Shown here piece by piece: positions 22,369-31,800 of a stretch of 64,000 nucleotides of DNA. How positions within the stretch are numbered: position 1 is the first letter of the stretch; every line of letters starts with the position of its first letter. The translations under genes were made by a program, and so were the position numbers. The notes below the pieces were generated by a model. That model had not been told where the DNA came from and made no database searches. It saw only the letters and a program-made list of their open reading frames with translations. The DNA is from Candidatus Omnitrophota bacterium (GTDB lineage Bacteria > Omnitrophota > Gorgyraeia > Zapsychrales > JANLHA01), in NCBI GenBank assembly GCA_030688425.1, contig JAUYIB010000007.1, positions 29,854-93,853 of the forward strand. Reading direction: 5' to 3'.

Positions 22369-24123
22369 ATGGGTGTTGTATATAAAGTTACGGAAAACCT
22401 TGTTGCTTTTATCGTTGATCGCAAAAGAAGCAATCCGCGATTGAGTTGCCGTGGCCTCGTGGACATTATCCATGAAAATTTTCAGGTTAAAGTTTCTAAA
22501 TCCTCCGTGAATGCCGTTTTTCAGGAATTTCAGTTGAGCAGCCCCGTGGGACGAACGCCAAGGGGGGGGAAGGGAGGGAAGAAATTTCAGATCCCAGCAG
22601 AGAGGAAAAAGCACCTCTTTGGGCCTGGTTCGCCTCAAAAAGCGGATGCTGTCATAGATATTCCTGCAACAAAGGGTCCTGGCAAGTCAACCGCAAGTGT
22701 CCATGGCCATTCTCCGCAGAAGCCCCCCAGTGCTCTTAAAACGGAAAAAAATTCCGGCATCGTTGTAAAAAGCGAAGGCTTTAGTCAAGTCTGTGATCAC
22801 GCAGGATGCATTTTTCTTAAAGCCGCTGAATGGGCTGTTTTTGACCGGCCGATCCTGGCGCACATTGCCCAAGATGCGGGGTGGGGGACTTCCATCCCGG
22901 AATTCGAAAAGATTTGCGAAATTTTACCATATTTGCAAACATTTGGAATTAATGATGTTGCAGATATTCAAGGCTATGGCGGGCAAGGTTTGTGGGCTCT
23001 CCATGGCTGCAAGTGGCCTATCCCCGCCGAGCAGTTTAAGGAGGCGATTACGGCTTTGGGCGAGCCCAGATCTCTGGCGTTGAAGCTGTCCTGCGACCTC
23101 CCGTATTTCTATACCTCCATATCATCCGTCCGTGTTCAGCTGAAGAATTTAATGGAAATTTACTTGGATGGGGAATTTATTTCCGCGTGGGAACAGCCGA
23201 TGATCCCTCGGCCGGCCACTTTGCCTGTTAACAAAATCTTATCAGATGTCACGGCCCGGTTTTTAAATGCGGCATACCCATGCCTCATTTTCTCTCTTCC
23301 TTGGCAGGCGGCACCCATGGACGCTTTTAGTGCCTTGGTCAAGGCATTTGATCAGGAAGAAGGATACGACATTAGTAGCATTTCTCTAATCGATTCCGCC
23401 AATCAGGAAATCGCGGCATTCAGCATGATTCCGCAAAAGAGACGCATGTTTATTGCGGGAATTTGGCCTTTTCATGAAGATTTTGATGCGCTGTCTTCGT
23501 TGGGTAATTCTGGGACTATGGCACCGTTAACCTTAACGCCCTGGGGACGAAAGGTGTATTATCGGGACGTTTCGGTTGAAAAAAAATCAAAAATTCATCA
23601 AGTCATTGCAAAAAAGAGACTTATGGTTGTTTTTGGCCAATCTGCAGGCGAACCGCTTGTCTTTCTCTTGTCGAATGCTCCCCAAGCCGTTTCCACCAGG
23701 GATATTGTTACTGCATTTCTTCAGCGATGGCCAGAATTGGGTGATAGTTCATTTGTGAAAGACCGTTCGGCGATTTCGTGTCTAACAAACCATATTTGGC
23801 AAAAGGAAATCGAGCACGGCATAACATCATCAATATCAAGTATTTATGAGAGCGCTAGTGTTTATGAGGTTTTTCAACGAATGATGTCTTCGTTCGTTAC
23901 TGTATTTGTAAGGACAGTATTTACAGATGTTTATGATAGGCATGGGTTTGATTTTTCGGCATATTTTTCCCAAAGGGGATCTGTCCGGGAAACAGAAAAT
24001 GAATTTATATTAAAATTTAATGGGGCTCCAGATGATCACTTCCGTTTTGCAGTTAAAAAAATAAATGAGACGGGAATACATAATTATAGGAACAAGAAAT
24101 TAATATTAATACTTCCGGAATAA
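22369..24123 (+). CDS. Hypothetical protein, N-terminal HTH-like segment, degenerate IS4/IS1634-type transposase-like C-terminal signature
   Basis: 584-aa ORF. The N-terminus (LSCRGLVDIIHENFQVKVSKSSVNAVFQE) looks like a transposase-type HTH. LLSNAPQAVSTRDIVTAFLQRWPELGDSSFVK resembles the lvTN...eiv.Y..RW.IE...K motif of DDE transposases, with altered spacing. The gene is visibly more AT-rich at its 3' end. Confidence 0.45.
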   Translation: MGVVYKVTENLVAFIVDRKRSNPRLSCRGLVDIIHENFQVKVSKSSVNAVFQEFQLSSPVGRTPRGGKGGKKFQIPAERKKHLFGPGSPQKADAVIDIPATKGPGKSTASVHGHSPQKPPSALKTEKNSGIVVKSEGFSQVCDHAGCIFLKAAEWAVFDRPILAHIAQDAGWGTSIPEFEKICEILPYLQTFGINDVADIQGYGGQGLWALHGCKWPIPAEQFKEAITALGEPRSLALKLSCDLPYFYTSISSVRVQLKNLMEIYLDGEFISAWEQPMIPRPATLPVNKILSDVTARFLNAAYPCLIFSLPWQAAPMDAFSALVKAFDQEEGYDISSISLIDSANQEIAAFSMIPQKRRMFIAGIWPFHEDFDALSSLGNSGTMAPLTLTPWGRKVYYRDVSVEKKSKIHQVIAKKRLMVVFGQSAGEPLVFLLSNAPQAVSTRDIVTAFLQRWPELGDSSFVKDRSAISCLTNHIWQKEIEHGITSSISSIYESASVYEVFQRMMSSFVTVFVRTVFTDVYDRHGFDFSAYFSQRGSVRETENEFILKFNGAPDDHFRFAVKKINETGIHNYRNKKLILILPE

Positions 24124-24127
24124 AGAC

Positions 24128-24155
24128 TTGACACCAAAGGGTGGCGTGTTATACT
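24128..24155 (+). promoter_or_regulatory. Near-consensus sigma70 promoter (TTGACA-16-TATACT) ahead of the pilin array
   Basis: TTGACA at 24128-24133 and TATACT at 24150-24155, about 225 nt upstream of the first pilin start. Confidence 0.55.
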
Positions 24156-24381
24156 CTTACCTGATGTATTGTGTCCTCACAATACTGTGAGAGTTCTTTT
24201 TCATTTGAAGTTATCCCCGCCTTTGGCGGGGTTCTTCCACAAAAACCCTGAAAGCTGTCCAGGGACCCTGTGGATGCCGGAAAGGAAAACCTTCCGGCAA
24301 TAAAGCCCGATGTGCAGACTCTACTCCAGAGGTTTTTGGGGGTGGGCACGAATCATCTGGGCACGGGAGGTGCAGGCACGA

Positions 24382-24543
24382 ATGAGGCATTTTCAAAATC
24401 CGAAAAATCACGGTCAAAACCTAATCGAATATGCCCTTGTCGTTGCCTTAGTGGCTTCTGCGATGCTGGCCATGAGCACCTACGTGTTTCGGTCTGTCCA
24501 GGCAACCCAGCAGGTGATTCAAAACGAGTACGCAAATCAGTAG
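24382..24543 (+). CDS. flp: Flp-family pilin 1
   Basis: 53 aa from ATG 24382: MRHFQNPKNHG/QNLIEYALVVALVASAMLAM... This is the class III signal G/xxxxEY followed by a hydrophobic helix. GGGAGG lies upstream. Confidence 0.8.
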   Translation: MRHFQNPKNHGQNLIEYALVVALVASAMLAMSTYVFRSVQATQQVIQNEYANQ

Positions 24544-24594
24544 GTTATCATATTCAAGAATTGCTATGAAGAGAACTCTAAGGAGGAGTCTATA

Positions 24595-24804
24595 ATGTTT
24601 AAACACCTGAAAAGAAAGAAGAAAGGGCAAAGCACCCTGGAGTACATCATCTTGGTGACGGGTGTTATTGCCATCCTGATTGTCTTCTTGAATCCAAAAA
24701 CCGGCGTTTTTAACACGGCATTCAACAAGACGCTGTCATCTGGTACAAACGGCATGGAGGACCTTGCCAATCGTTTGGCAAACTCCCGTGCGAAGTCGCC
24801 GTAA
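24595..24804 (+). CDS. Flp-like pilin 2
   Basis: MFKHLKRKKKG/QSTLEYIILVTGVIAILIVF... AAGGAGG lies upstream. Confidence 0.8.
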   Translation: MFKHLKRKKKGQSTLEYIILVTGVIAILIVFLNPKTGVFNTAFNKTLSSGTNGMEDLANRLANSRAKSP

Positions 24805-24860
24805 GCGCCAGGAGCATGATAAGCATAAAATCGTTAAATTGTCATATGGAGGTGTGATCA

Positions 24861-25241
24861 ATGTTTAAAAAATTGCTTAAAAACAAAAAGGCCCAACAGA
24901 CAGCGGAATATGCGCTTTTGATTTCGCTCGTCGTTGCGGCTATTATCGCGATGCAGACGTATGCACAACGTACTATCCAGGGCCGTATCCGCGATGCGTC
25001 GAAATACCTGACGGATCAGACCAGCGCCCTTGGCGCCACGTCGCAGTATGAACCTTATTATCTTGAAACGAACTACCAGGTTCTGCGCGATGATGAAACC
25101 GACGAAATCCAGGACAGGAGAACTGACAACAGCGGGTTGTTCCGGATGGAAGACAACTCCGTCAGAACCCGCGCTAGAGACGGTTTCCAGGAATCGAAAT
25201 ACGGCACACAGTTCGGTAACGGGCTCATTAACGGAATCTAA
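24861..25241 (+). CDS. Long Flp-like pilin 3
   Basis: MFKKLLKNKKA/QQTAEYALLISLVVAAIIAMQTYAQRTIQGRIRD... 126 aa, with GGAGG upstream. Confidence 0.75.
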   Translation: MFKKLLKNKKAQQTAEYALLISLVVAAIIAMQTYAQRTIQGRIRDASKYLTDQTSALGATSQYEPYYLETNYQVLRDDETDEIQDRRTDNSGLFRMEDNSVRTRARDGFQESKYGTQFGNGLINGI

Positions 25242-25298
25242 TGTTCTGTTTGTTAAACAGCAACAGAAGAGCCGTTTATTATTAAGGAGGAAAGGTCA

Positions 25299-25622
25299 AT
25301 GTTTAAATTCTTGAGAAAAAAGAAAGGGCAGAGCACCCTTGAGTATGCTGTCTTGATCATCATTGTCATTGGTGCTCTCCTGTCCATCCAGGTGTACATC
25401 AAGCGCGGCGTGCAAGGCCGCCTGAAGAGCGCCGCCGACGACATCGGCGACCAGTACTCTCCTGGCAACACCAACGTCCGTAAAACCACGAGAGTTCAGA
25501 GCAACACGGCTGAAACTTTCGTCAACGGTGTTACGAAATCCAAGTTGTTAGCGGATGAAAAGACGTATGTGGAGCGCAACTCGGAAATCCTGAATGCTGA
25601 ACAGGAGTTCTGGGGCAAATAA
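25299..25622 (+). CDS. Long Flp-like pilin 4
   Basis: MFKFLRKKKG/QSTLEYAVLIIIVIGALLSIQVYIKRGVQGRLKSAADDIGDQYSP... 107 aa, with AAGGAGG upstream. Confidence 0.8.
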   Translation: MFKFLRKKKGQSTLEYAVLIIIVIGALLSIQVYIKRGVQGRLKSAADDIGDQYSPGNTNVRKTTRVQSNTAETFVNGVTKSKLLADEKTYVERNSEILNAEQEFWGK

Positions 25623-25646
25623 CACGTTGCTGCTGTTGGTTTAAAA

Positions 25647-25689
25647 CATGGCTTGCTTGGAGGAATCTCCAGGCAAGCCATGTTTTTTT
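25647..25689 (+). terminator. Rho-independent terminator after pilin 4
   Basis: A 16-bp stem CATGGCTTGCTTGGAG / CTCCAGGCAAGCCATG with loop GAAT is followed by seven T. Confidence 0.8.
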
Positions 25690-25811
25690 ATAGCCCGTGA
25701 TGGCTGATAATTTATGTTTTTGGAGAGATTGTCTGTCCATAAGCCAATAAAAATGTTATAATTTAATTAGAAATATTATTTATATTGTTATGTAGTCTTT
25801 AGGATAAAACA

Positions 25812-26180
25812 ATGTTCCGGTCGCTTCGCCAAAATAAAGGGCAAGGGTTTGCCGTTCAATACGCCATTACTTTTTTCTTTGTTGTGGGGGTCCTGACGGG
25901 CATGACGGTGTATTTCAAGCGGACGATCCAGGGGCGCATTCGGGACGCCACGCTCTATTCGCTGATGACTGTGGACAATGTTTACAACGGTAGAATGTAT
26001 ACGCAATACGAACCTTATTATACGAACACGACCTATTATCGGTTAACAGATGTCGCAGAAGTCAAAACCTGGACAGGAACCTTTAACACGAGCATTGACG
26101 TTTTCAGCGATGCCGGTAGCGAATCAAGGTCCGCGATGAGCGGGGTTAGCAACCAAGCATCCCCTCGTATGGGCGATTAG
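25812..26180 (+). CDS. Divergent Flp-like pilin 5 (Glu replaced, one-residue insertion)
   Basis: MFRSLRQNKGQGFAVQYAITFFFVVGVLTGMTVYFKRTIQGRIRD... It has the family architecture but reads ..AVQY where the others have ..EY. An extended -10 TGTTATAAT lies upstream in an AT-rich spacer. Confidence 0.7.
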   Translation: MFRSLRQNKGQGFAVQYAITFFFVVGVLTGMTVYFKRTIQGRIRDATLYSLMTVDNVYNGRMYTQYEPYYTNTTYYRLTDVAEVKTWTGTFNTSIDVFSDAGSESRSAMSGVSNQASPRMGD

Positions 26181-26191
26181 TTTAAACGTTT

Positions 26192-26536
26192 ATGACAATG
26201 CGTAAAGCATATCGGAGAGGGCAGACATTCATTGAATATACGCTCCTCCTTGGGGTTCTTGTTTCCATCCTCGTGGCGATGACCCCTTTGGTGCGGCGCG
26301 GGGTTCAGGGGATGGTCAAGATAGTTGTTGATCAGGTGGGGACGCAAAAAGACGCCGAGCAGGTCGGAGGCACATCGGGTTATCTCATCAACACGACGAT
26401 GGAAACAGATTCGTATCGGGAGACCCTGAAGACGGAATATCTGGGAGACACGGGATATTGGACAACGTCGGATTGGACGGCGACAAACTCGGAAGTCCAC
26501 TTGAATTTGGGTTTTACGGAGAAACGCGGGAATTGA
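26192..26536 (+). CDS. Long Flp-like pilin 6
   Basis: MTMRKAYRRG/QTFIEYTLLLGVLVSILVAMTPLVRRGVQGMVK... 114 aa. Confidence 0.75.
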   Translation: MTMRKAYRRGQTFIEYTLLLGVLVSILVAMTPLVRRGVQGMVKIVVDQVGTQKDAEQVGGTSGYLINTTMETDSYRETLKTEYLGDTGYWTTSDWTATNSEVHLNLGFTEKRGN

Positions 26537-26568
26537 CGGGTTTCTCAGATAGACGGGAGAGGTGAGGC

Positions 26569-26889
26569 ATGAACATCCTGAGACGCGGCCGCAGGGGCCA
26601 GAGCACCCTGGAGTTTGTGACTTTACTCATTATTATCATGGGAGTCTTTATCGCGGCCGGAAACTATTTCAAACGAGGCATCCAGGGCCGGTGGAAAGCT
26701 TCCATCGATGAGCTGGGGGATCAGTATGATCCCCGGTTGACCAACACGTCTATCAAGCATATTTTGGTTTCCAATACGGAAACCCGGATTACCACCATCA
26801 GCGCGGAGGGCGGGTTGTGGTCGCTCCGGGACGACATAACCAATTCGCTGGAGATCAAAACCGGGGGAACAACCATCGGCGCTTTTTAA
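26569..26889 (+). CDS. Long Flp-like pilin 7
   Basis: MNILRRGRRG/QSTLEFVTLLIIIMGVFIAAGNYFKRGIQGRWKASIDELGDQYDP... 106 aa. Confidence 0.8.
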   Translation: MNILRRGRRGQSTLEFVTLLIIIMGVFIAAGNYFKRGIQGRWKASIDELGDQYDPRLTNTSIKHILVSNTETRITTISAEGGLWSLRDDITNSLEIKTGGTTIGAF

Positions 26890-26927
26890 TGCAGATTGCA
26901 AAGAAACAGAGATAATCCCGCCAGGTG

Positions 26928-28421
26928 ATGAAGATATTAAAGAAAATTGGATTCACAACTCCCCGCCAAGCGCAAACCGCTTCCGAGCTCGCGATCTTCG
27001 GAGCCGTTCTGCTTTTTGTCATTGGCCTTATCGCCCGCGCCGGCATGAGTACCAGCCAGACCATGAATCACCAGCTCAAGGCCATGCGGACCGCCATGAC
27101 ACAGTCGTTCAATTATTCGATGCGCCGCGAAGCCATGTCCCGGAACACGGCGTCGGTGATCGTTATTGAAGACAGGCTTTCGGTGGACGCCGGCAGCAAG
27201 TTCGGCACGCGGGACCGTATTCCGTTCGTGGCCAGCGGCGGCGCTGCCTTCTCCAATCAGTTTTTTCAAGAATTGGCCTATGGGGAAGAATTTAATCTCC
27301 CGGTCGCGGATATTATCATCAACGGCCAGCGGTTTCCCTTCCGCATGGGGGGGTTCCGGACGGTGGCCACCCACACCTGCAGCACCATCGGCGGTACGGC
27401 TCCACCCAATTGGGAGTCGGCGTGTTACAACATAGGGGCGGGGGATCAAGGCTGCGCGGTGTTTTATAAACAGCAGATCCGGTATGCGTCAAATGCCGCT
27501 TGGCATGATCGTGCCGTTAGACCCTGCGGCGGCGCCTGCTATCCGTATGACGACCGGTTTGATCTGGATCACAATCGCATCCCCGAGAGGAAAACAGACG
27601 TTCCGGATGTTGATGTCCCCGCTGGACAATTCAATCTCGGCCTTCCTTACGTGGAAAGTTTTCGCTCCCACTTCAATTGGCAGTGGGTCCTGGTCCCGGG
27701 GCTTTTCGATGCGGCGAGAACAGGAAGCATTTTGACGGACATTTCACCTGCCAGGAACCGGCTTGACCCGACGGATCAAATGGGGACTCTCGCGAAAGAA
27801 GACAGCTTTGACGTGGACGGCGATCTCAAGGACGAGCTTGTTTATTCATGGACGGTCGCGGGAAAGAATTCGGAGGGCAATGTCATCATTCCCGCGTGCA
27901 CTGCATTTACGGGGGTTGTCACTTCCGTCAATGTCCTGGACAGCCAGAGCGGTGACATTGACGCCACCATCAATGACCGGGACGAACGCATGGGGATGAG
28001 GGCGACCGGGCTGGAGGATGAAATCCAGATGTTTTCTTTCACCCGCGAGGGCACATACTACCAAATCCACGAAGGCAAGCTGTTTGAGGCGTCTCCGCTC
28101 GGCGCGCACGGGGGGCAATTCATCCGGAACACCAGCCGCCAGGACCATGTGGATATCGTTCAAAGGATTTTTAAAATGAGCAACGATACCGGCCGGTTTT
28201 GCAGCGGAGGGGGCCCTGCGAACTGGGCGGCCGCGTGCTCCGCAAGCCGCGGCAAAGACGGGCGGTGCGGCCTTGACAATCCCGTGGAAGCGTGCAACAA
28301 CTGTTTTTCACCGGCCAAGGTTACGCTGACGTGTTTTGACTCGGCCCAAAGGTTGTTGTTTATCCGCAGCCGCATCAGTGATCTTCGCGGGCGACGGTGG
28401 GTTACAAGGATGGATTTGTAA
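26928..28421 (+). CDS. Large TadE/TadG-like pseudopilin
   Basis: 497 aa. The N-terminus ...PRQA/QTASELAIFGAVLLFVIGLI matches the TadE-type prepilin-like leader plus hydrophobic helix. The rest has no motif I recognise. Confidence 0.65.
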   Translation: MKILKKIGFTTPRQAQTASELAIFGAVLLFVIGLIARAGMSTSQTMNHQLKAMRTAMTQSFNYSMRREAMSRNTASVIVIEDRLSVDAGSKFGTRDRIPFVASGGAAFSNQFFQELAYGEEFNLPVADIIINGQRFPFRMGGFRTVATHTCSTIGGTAPPNWESACYNIGAGDQGCAVFYKQQIRYASNAAWHDRAVRPCGGACYPYDDRFDLDHNRIPERKTDVPDVDVPAGQFNLGLPYVESFRSHFNWQWVLVPGLFDAARTGSILTDISPARNRLDPTDQMGTLAKEDSFDVDGDLKDELVYSWTVAGKNSEGNVIIPACTAFTGVVTSVNVLDSQSGDIDATINDRDERMGMRATGLEDEIQMFSFTREGTYYQIHEGKLFEASPLGAHGGQFIRNTSRQDHVDIVQRIFKMSNDTGRFCSGGGPANWAAACSASRGKDGRCGLDNPVEACNNCFSPAKVTLTCFDSAQRLLFIRSRISDLRGRRWVTRMDL

Positions 28422-28473
28422 GGCGGCGGGAAGGCCGGCAACTCATAAAGGACGATGGTAAGGCGGAATTTTT

Positions 28474-28752
28474 ATGTTTAGAGCGCTTCGACGTCAAAGA
28501 CGGTTTTGGAGTTTCCAACCCCGGCATAGCTCAGGCCAAGCCATGCTGGAGTTTTCCTTTTGCATGATCGCGACCGTTATTTTGCTTTTGGGCATGATCA
28601 AAATATTTGTCTGGTGCGGGAAAGACCTTGTGGCCCGCCGTAAGGCGCATGAAAATGTTCTCCGACAGGGGACCCCGGTCGGAATCCGTCCGGTGTTTTA
28701 TTATTCGACGCGCATGGGCGCAGCCGTTGACAGCAACATCTTCGGCAATTGA
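28474..28752 (+). CDS. TadE-like pseudopilin
   Basis: 92 aa. ...HSSG/QAMLEFSFCMIATVILLLGMI carries the same G/Qxx(x)E[FY] leader logic as the pilins. Confidence 0.7.
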   Translation: MFRALRRQRRFWSFQPRHSSGQAMLEFSFCMIATVILLLGMIKIFVWCGKDLVARRKAHENVLRQGTPVGIRPVFYYSTRMGAAVDSNIFGN

Positions 28753-28803
28753 TCTTTGCTCGCTCCCGGCGGATATGTCCGGACTCTACAGAGGAAGAAT
28801 GAC

Positions 28804-31800
28804 GTGATTCAATTCTTTAATTCATGGATCCGTGCCATTAAGCTGCGTTGCCACAATTTTCGCGGCCCCGCTTTTTCCCTCCCCCGCCTCTCTCCGGCCC
28901 GGCGGCTTGATTCCGTCCGCGGCCAGATCGCGATCGTTCTCATTCTTATTATTGCCATCGGACTGATTTTTTATGCCGTTGTCCTGAACCTCGGGCGGGT
29001 TTCGGGGTCCAAGACTATCACCATGATCGCCACCAATTCCGCAGTTACCCAAATGGCCTCATACTATGCCAGCTACGGGCAGAAACTTTTTAAGGAGCAG
29101 CTGGACGGGCATCGTAAGGTGTGCGGGTGGACAGCCCTTTTTTCGGCCCTCATCCTCATCGCCATCATCATCATTATTATTATTATCGTCATCGTGACGT
29201 GGGGGGCAGGCGCGGCAATTGTTGTCCCGCTGCTGGGGGTGGCTGTTCCGATCGTTGTTGTTCTGGGTGTGGCCCTGGCTTTTGCCATCGTTGCCGCCGT
29301 ATTGCAGGCCGTCCTTGTCAACCCGTCCATCACCGCCATGTGGAACAAGATGATCGCCGAATCGCTCACCATTCAGGACCAGTTTGTCGAGCGGGGCCTT
29401 CAGACGGCTTTGCAGACTGTTGTCACGGATCAGGTGCAAATTCCCGATGTTGTCGATCTGGATTCCGATGCGATCTATGGGTGGGGGACAGATCCGGGCA
29501 ATCCCGGCGCGCCCAAGAGTGTGTGGCCGGATCCGGCTCAGGGTTTTAGCCTTGATAATCCGCTGCAGGGTGCGAATGATTTTGTCAGCCGATTCGCTTT
29601 TTATAATACGGAAAGATTGCGCAATGTCGTAAGGCCCGGTGTCGCAAATGTTGATGAATTTATAGCTGGCCTGAAGAATTTTCTGGAAAAGGCAGACGAT
29701 CCAGCCGATTGGGGGTTATGGCATCCGTTCGATTGCAGTGCCCCTCATGCGTGCTGTCCTCAGAACTCAAGCCCTGGCCAAAATACCGACATGCCCGCTG
29801 AATGCGACTCCTGCTGTCTTCCCGACCCGATGGTGAATCCTTCCTGCGGCGCTGTTGCGCCGGCGTGCTGCTCTCTCCCGACGGCAGATCCCAGCTATTG
29901 CGGGGTTTGCGCCGAAGAAGGGCTTCAGGATCCCCAGTGTTGCTGCGGCATTGCCTGGGGAGCGACAGAGGCCTGTGTGGGGCTGCCATTGCCAGTGCCC
30001 TCTTGCCAGAGGATCAAGGTCCGTCCGGATTGTTGCGATTTGCCCGCAGGAGATGCTGATAAATGCGGAGACCCCACGACCTGCAGCCAAAGAACCCCAT
30101 ACGCGCCACCGGTCCCGAACCCCGCAATGACTTATCCCTGGATTTATGACAGATATTATGAGCGGACGGACGACACGATTTGGTCCTTCCGGGAACAGCT
30201 CGGCCGTGACGATGATATTCATACATATCTAAAAAATATCCCGGGCACCACGACCTGCCCTGTGACAGGCCTTGACAACAGCGACAGGCACGGCTGCCAG
30301 GAAGTCGCGACATTTCTGGGGACCTATCAGTCGGAACCCAGGGGGTTCATCATCTCGGATGTTTCCGGTTTTTATAATCCTTTCGATTATCCTGCCGGAT
30401 TTAATCCCCTGGATCCTCCCGCGGAAGGGGCGGATGACCGGGCCGGCCCCATCGGGGCTCCCGATCTACCCGTTGCCTCAACTCTGTTCCCCTTCCTTTA
30501 TAAAGCGCAGGACTGGGAATTCACTCTTTCCGAGCTGACATACAATGAAGCTTCCGACGTTGTCACAAATCCTGACAACCGCATTAAGCAGTGTTTCTGG
30601 TGCGACCAGAGGGGATATCCGAATCCCGTCGCAGGAGCCGTATGCCCCGCGCCGCCCGGGCCCGTGCTGGATCCGAATGAGTTACAGCGTCTTGTCCTCC
30701 CCTTGAATCCGATCGATGCTGTCTTGAATTTGCAGTTTTCCGGAGGGTGGTGCGTGGACAATGCGAACAAGGCTGGAGCTGCCGCCGGGGATCCGCCCGT
30801 GTTGTTGGATTTAGTCAATGACGCGGCGCTGGCGCCGTTGTTTGCCGATTTTAATAATTGTGCCCAAACGACCGGAGGGTGGAAGCGCGGAGCTGACCGG
30901 TATTGCACGACGCAGATAGTCGGAGGCGCGCCAAGATTTCCTTACGGGTCAGGATGTTCCAAGCACGGCGGACTTCAACAGTGCAATGAGTGGGACTGGG
31001 ACGACACGAATGGTGACGGAATTCAAGATGCGGGCGAATTGATTCCAGTTCCCGTGGACTGCGCCTGCGGTGAGCCCGGCGCTTTGGGCGGGAACGCCTG
31101 GCCCGATGACCGGCTCGACGACCTGGTTTATGGACTGGATGAATTCATGGATTGGGCGAAGGGATTTGTGACGTTGACCCCAGCGGCCCTGGCCGGGAGC
31201 ATTGAGGTGTGGTATGAAGACGCGGCTTACTGGGTCGAACCCAATTATTGTCCGGGCGGGAATAATCCTTGTCCGCAGAGCTTTACAAGGAACGCGAACA
31301 CGGCAGACCGCGACTGGGGGATCCTGTATACCTGGCGGGACACCCTGGTGAATACGTGTCAGCCGATCAAGAACTGGGTTTCCCTGGATTCCCCTAACGG
31401 CTGGGATCCCGCCAATCCCGACGATGCGATTCGGGTCAACAAGTATGTTCTTCAGAGTTGTAATCTTTCCGCCGGCCGGGATTCCGCCTGGTGTCCGGCC
31501 TATGATACGCAGGGTCTCGGAGGCCCCTGCAATTGCTCGCCCACCTGGGAGCAGGCGACCATCGATTTTAACAATAACGGCGTCCGGGGGGATGTGGCGG
31601 ATGTGGTGGAGTGTTTGCGGGTGAACACGGATGCCGGCGGCTTGGCGCCGAAGAACGTTGATTTTCCTACATCAGGAGTCCCGGTCACCGTGACCCTTGA
31701 GGGCAATGCTTTAAGATTTCAAAACTGTTTTGACGTGTGCAAGGATCCGGTGAGCACGGATCCGGATAAGATTACGGCCTGCGGGGATCTCCCCCGCTCG

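Noticed and set aside
22190-24177. Complete IS element with terminal inverted repeats around the 584-aa ORF
   Set aside because: The flanking similarities are direct, not inverted. I found no terminal inverted repeats, so only a degenerate or domesticated transposase-like gene can be suggested.
24156-24381. c-di-GMP (GEMM-type) riboswitch in the pilin leader
   Set aside because: I could not find the conserved GEMM core sequences by eye. Only generic hairpins are supported.
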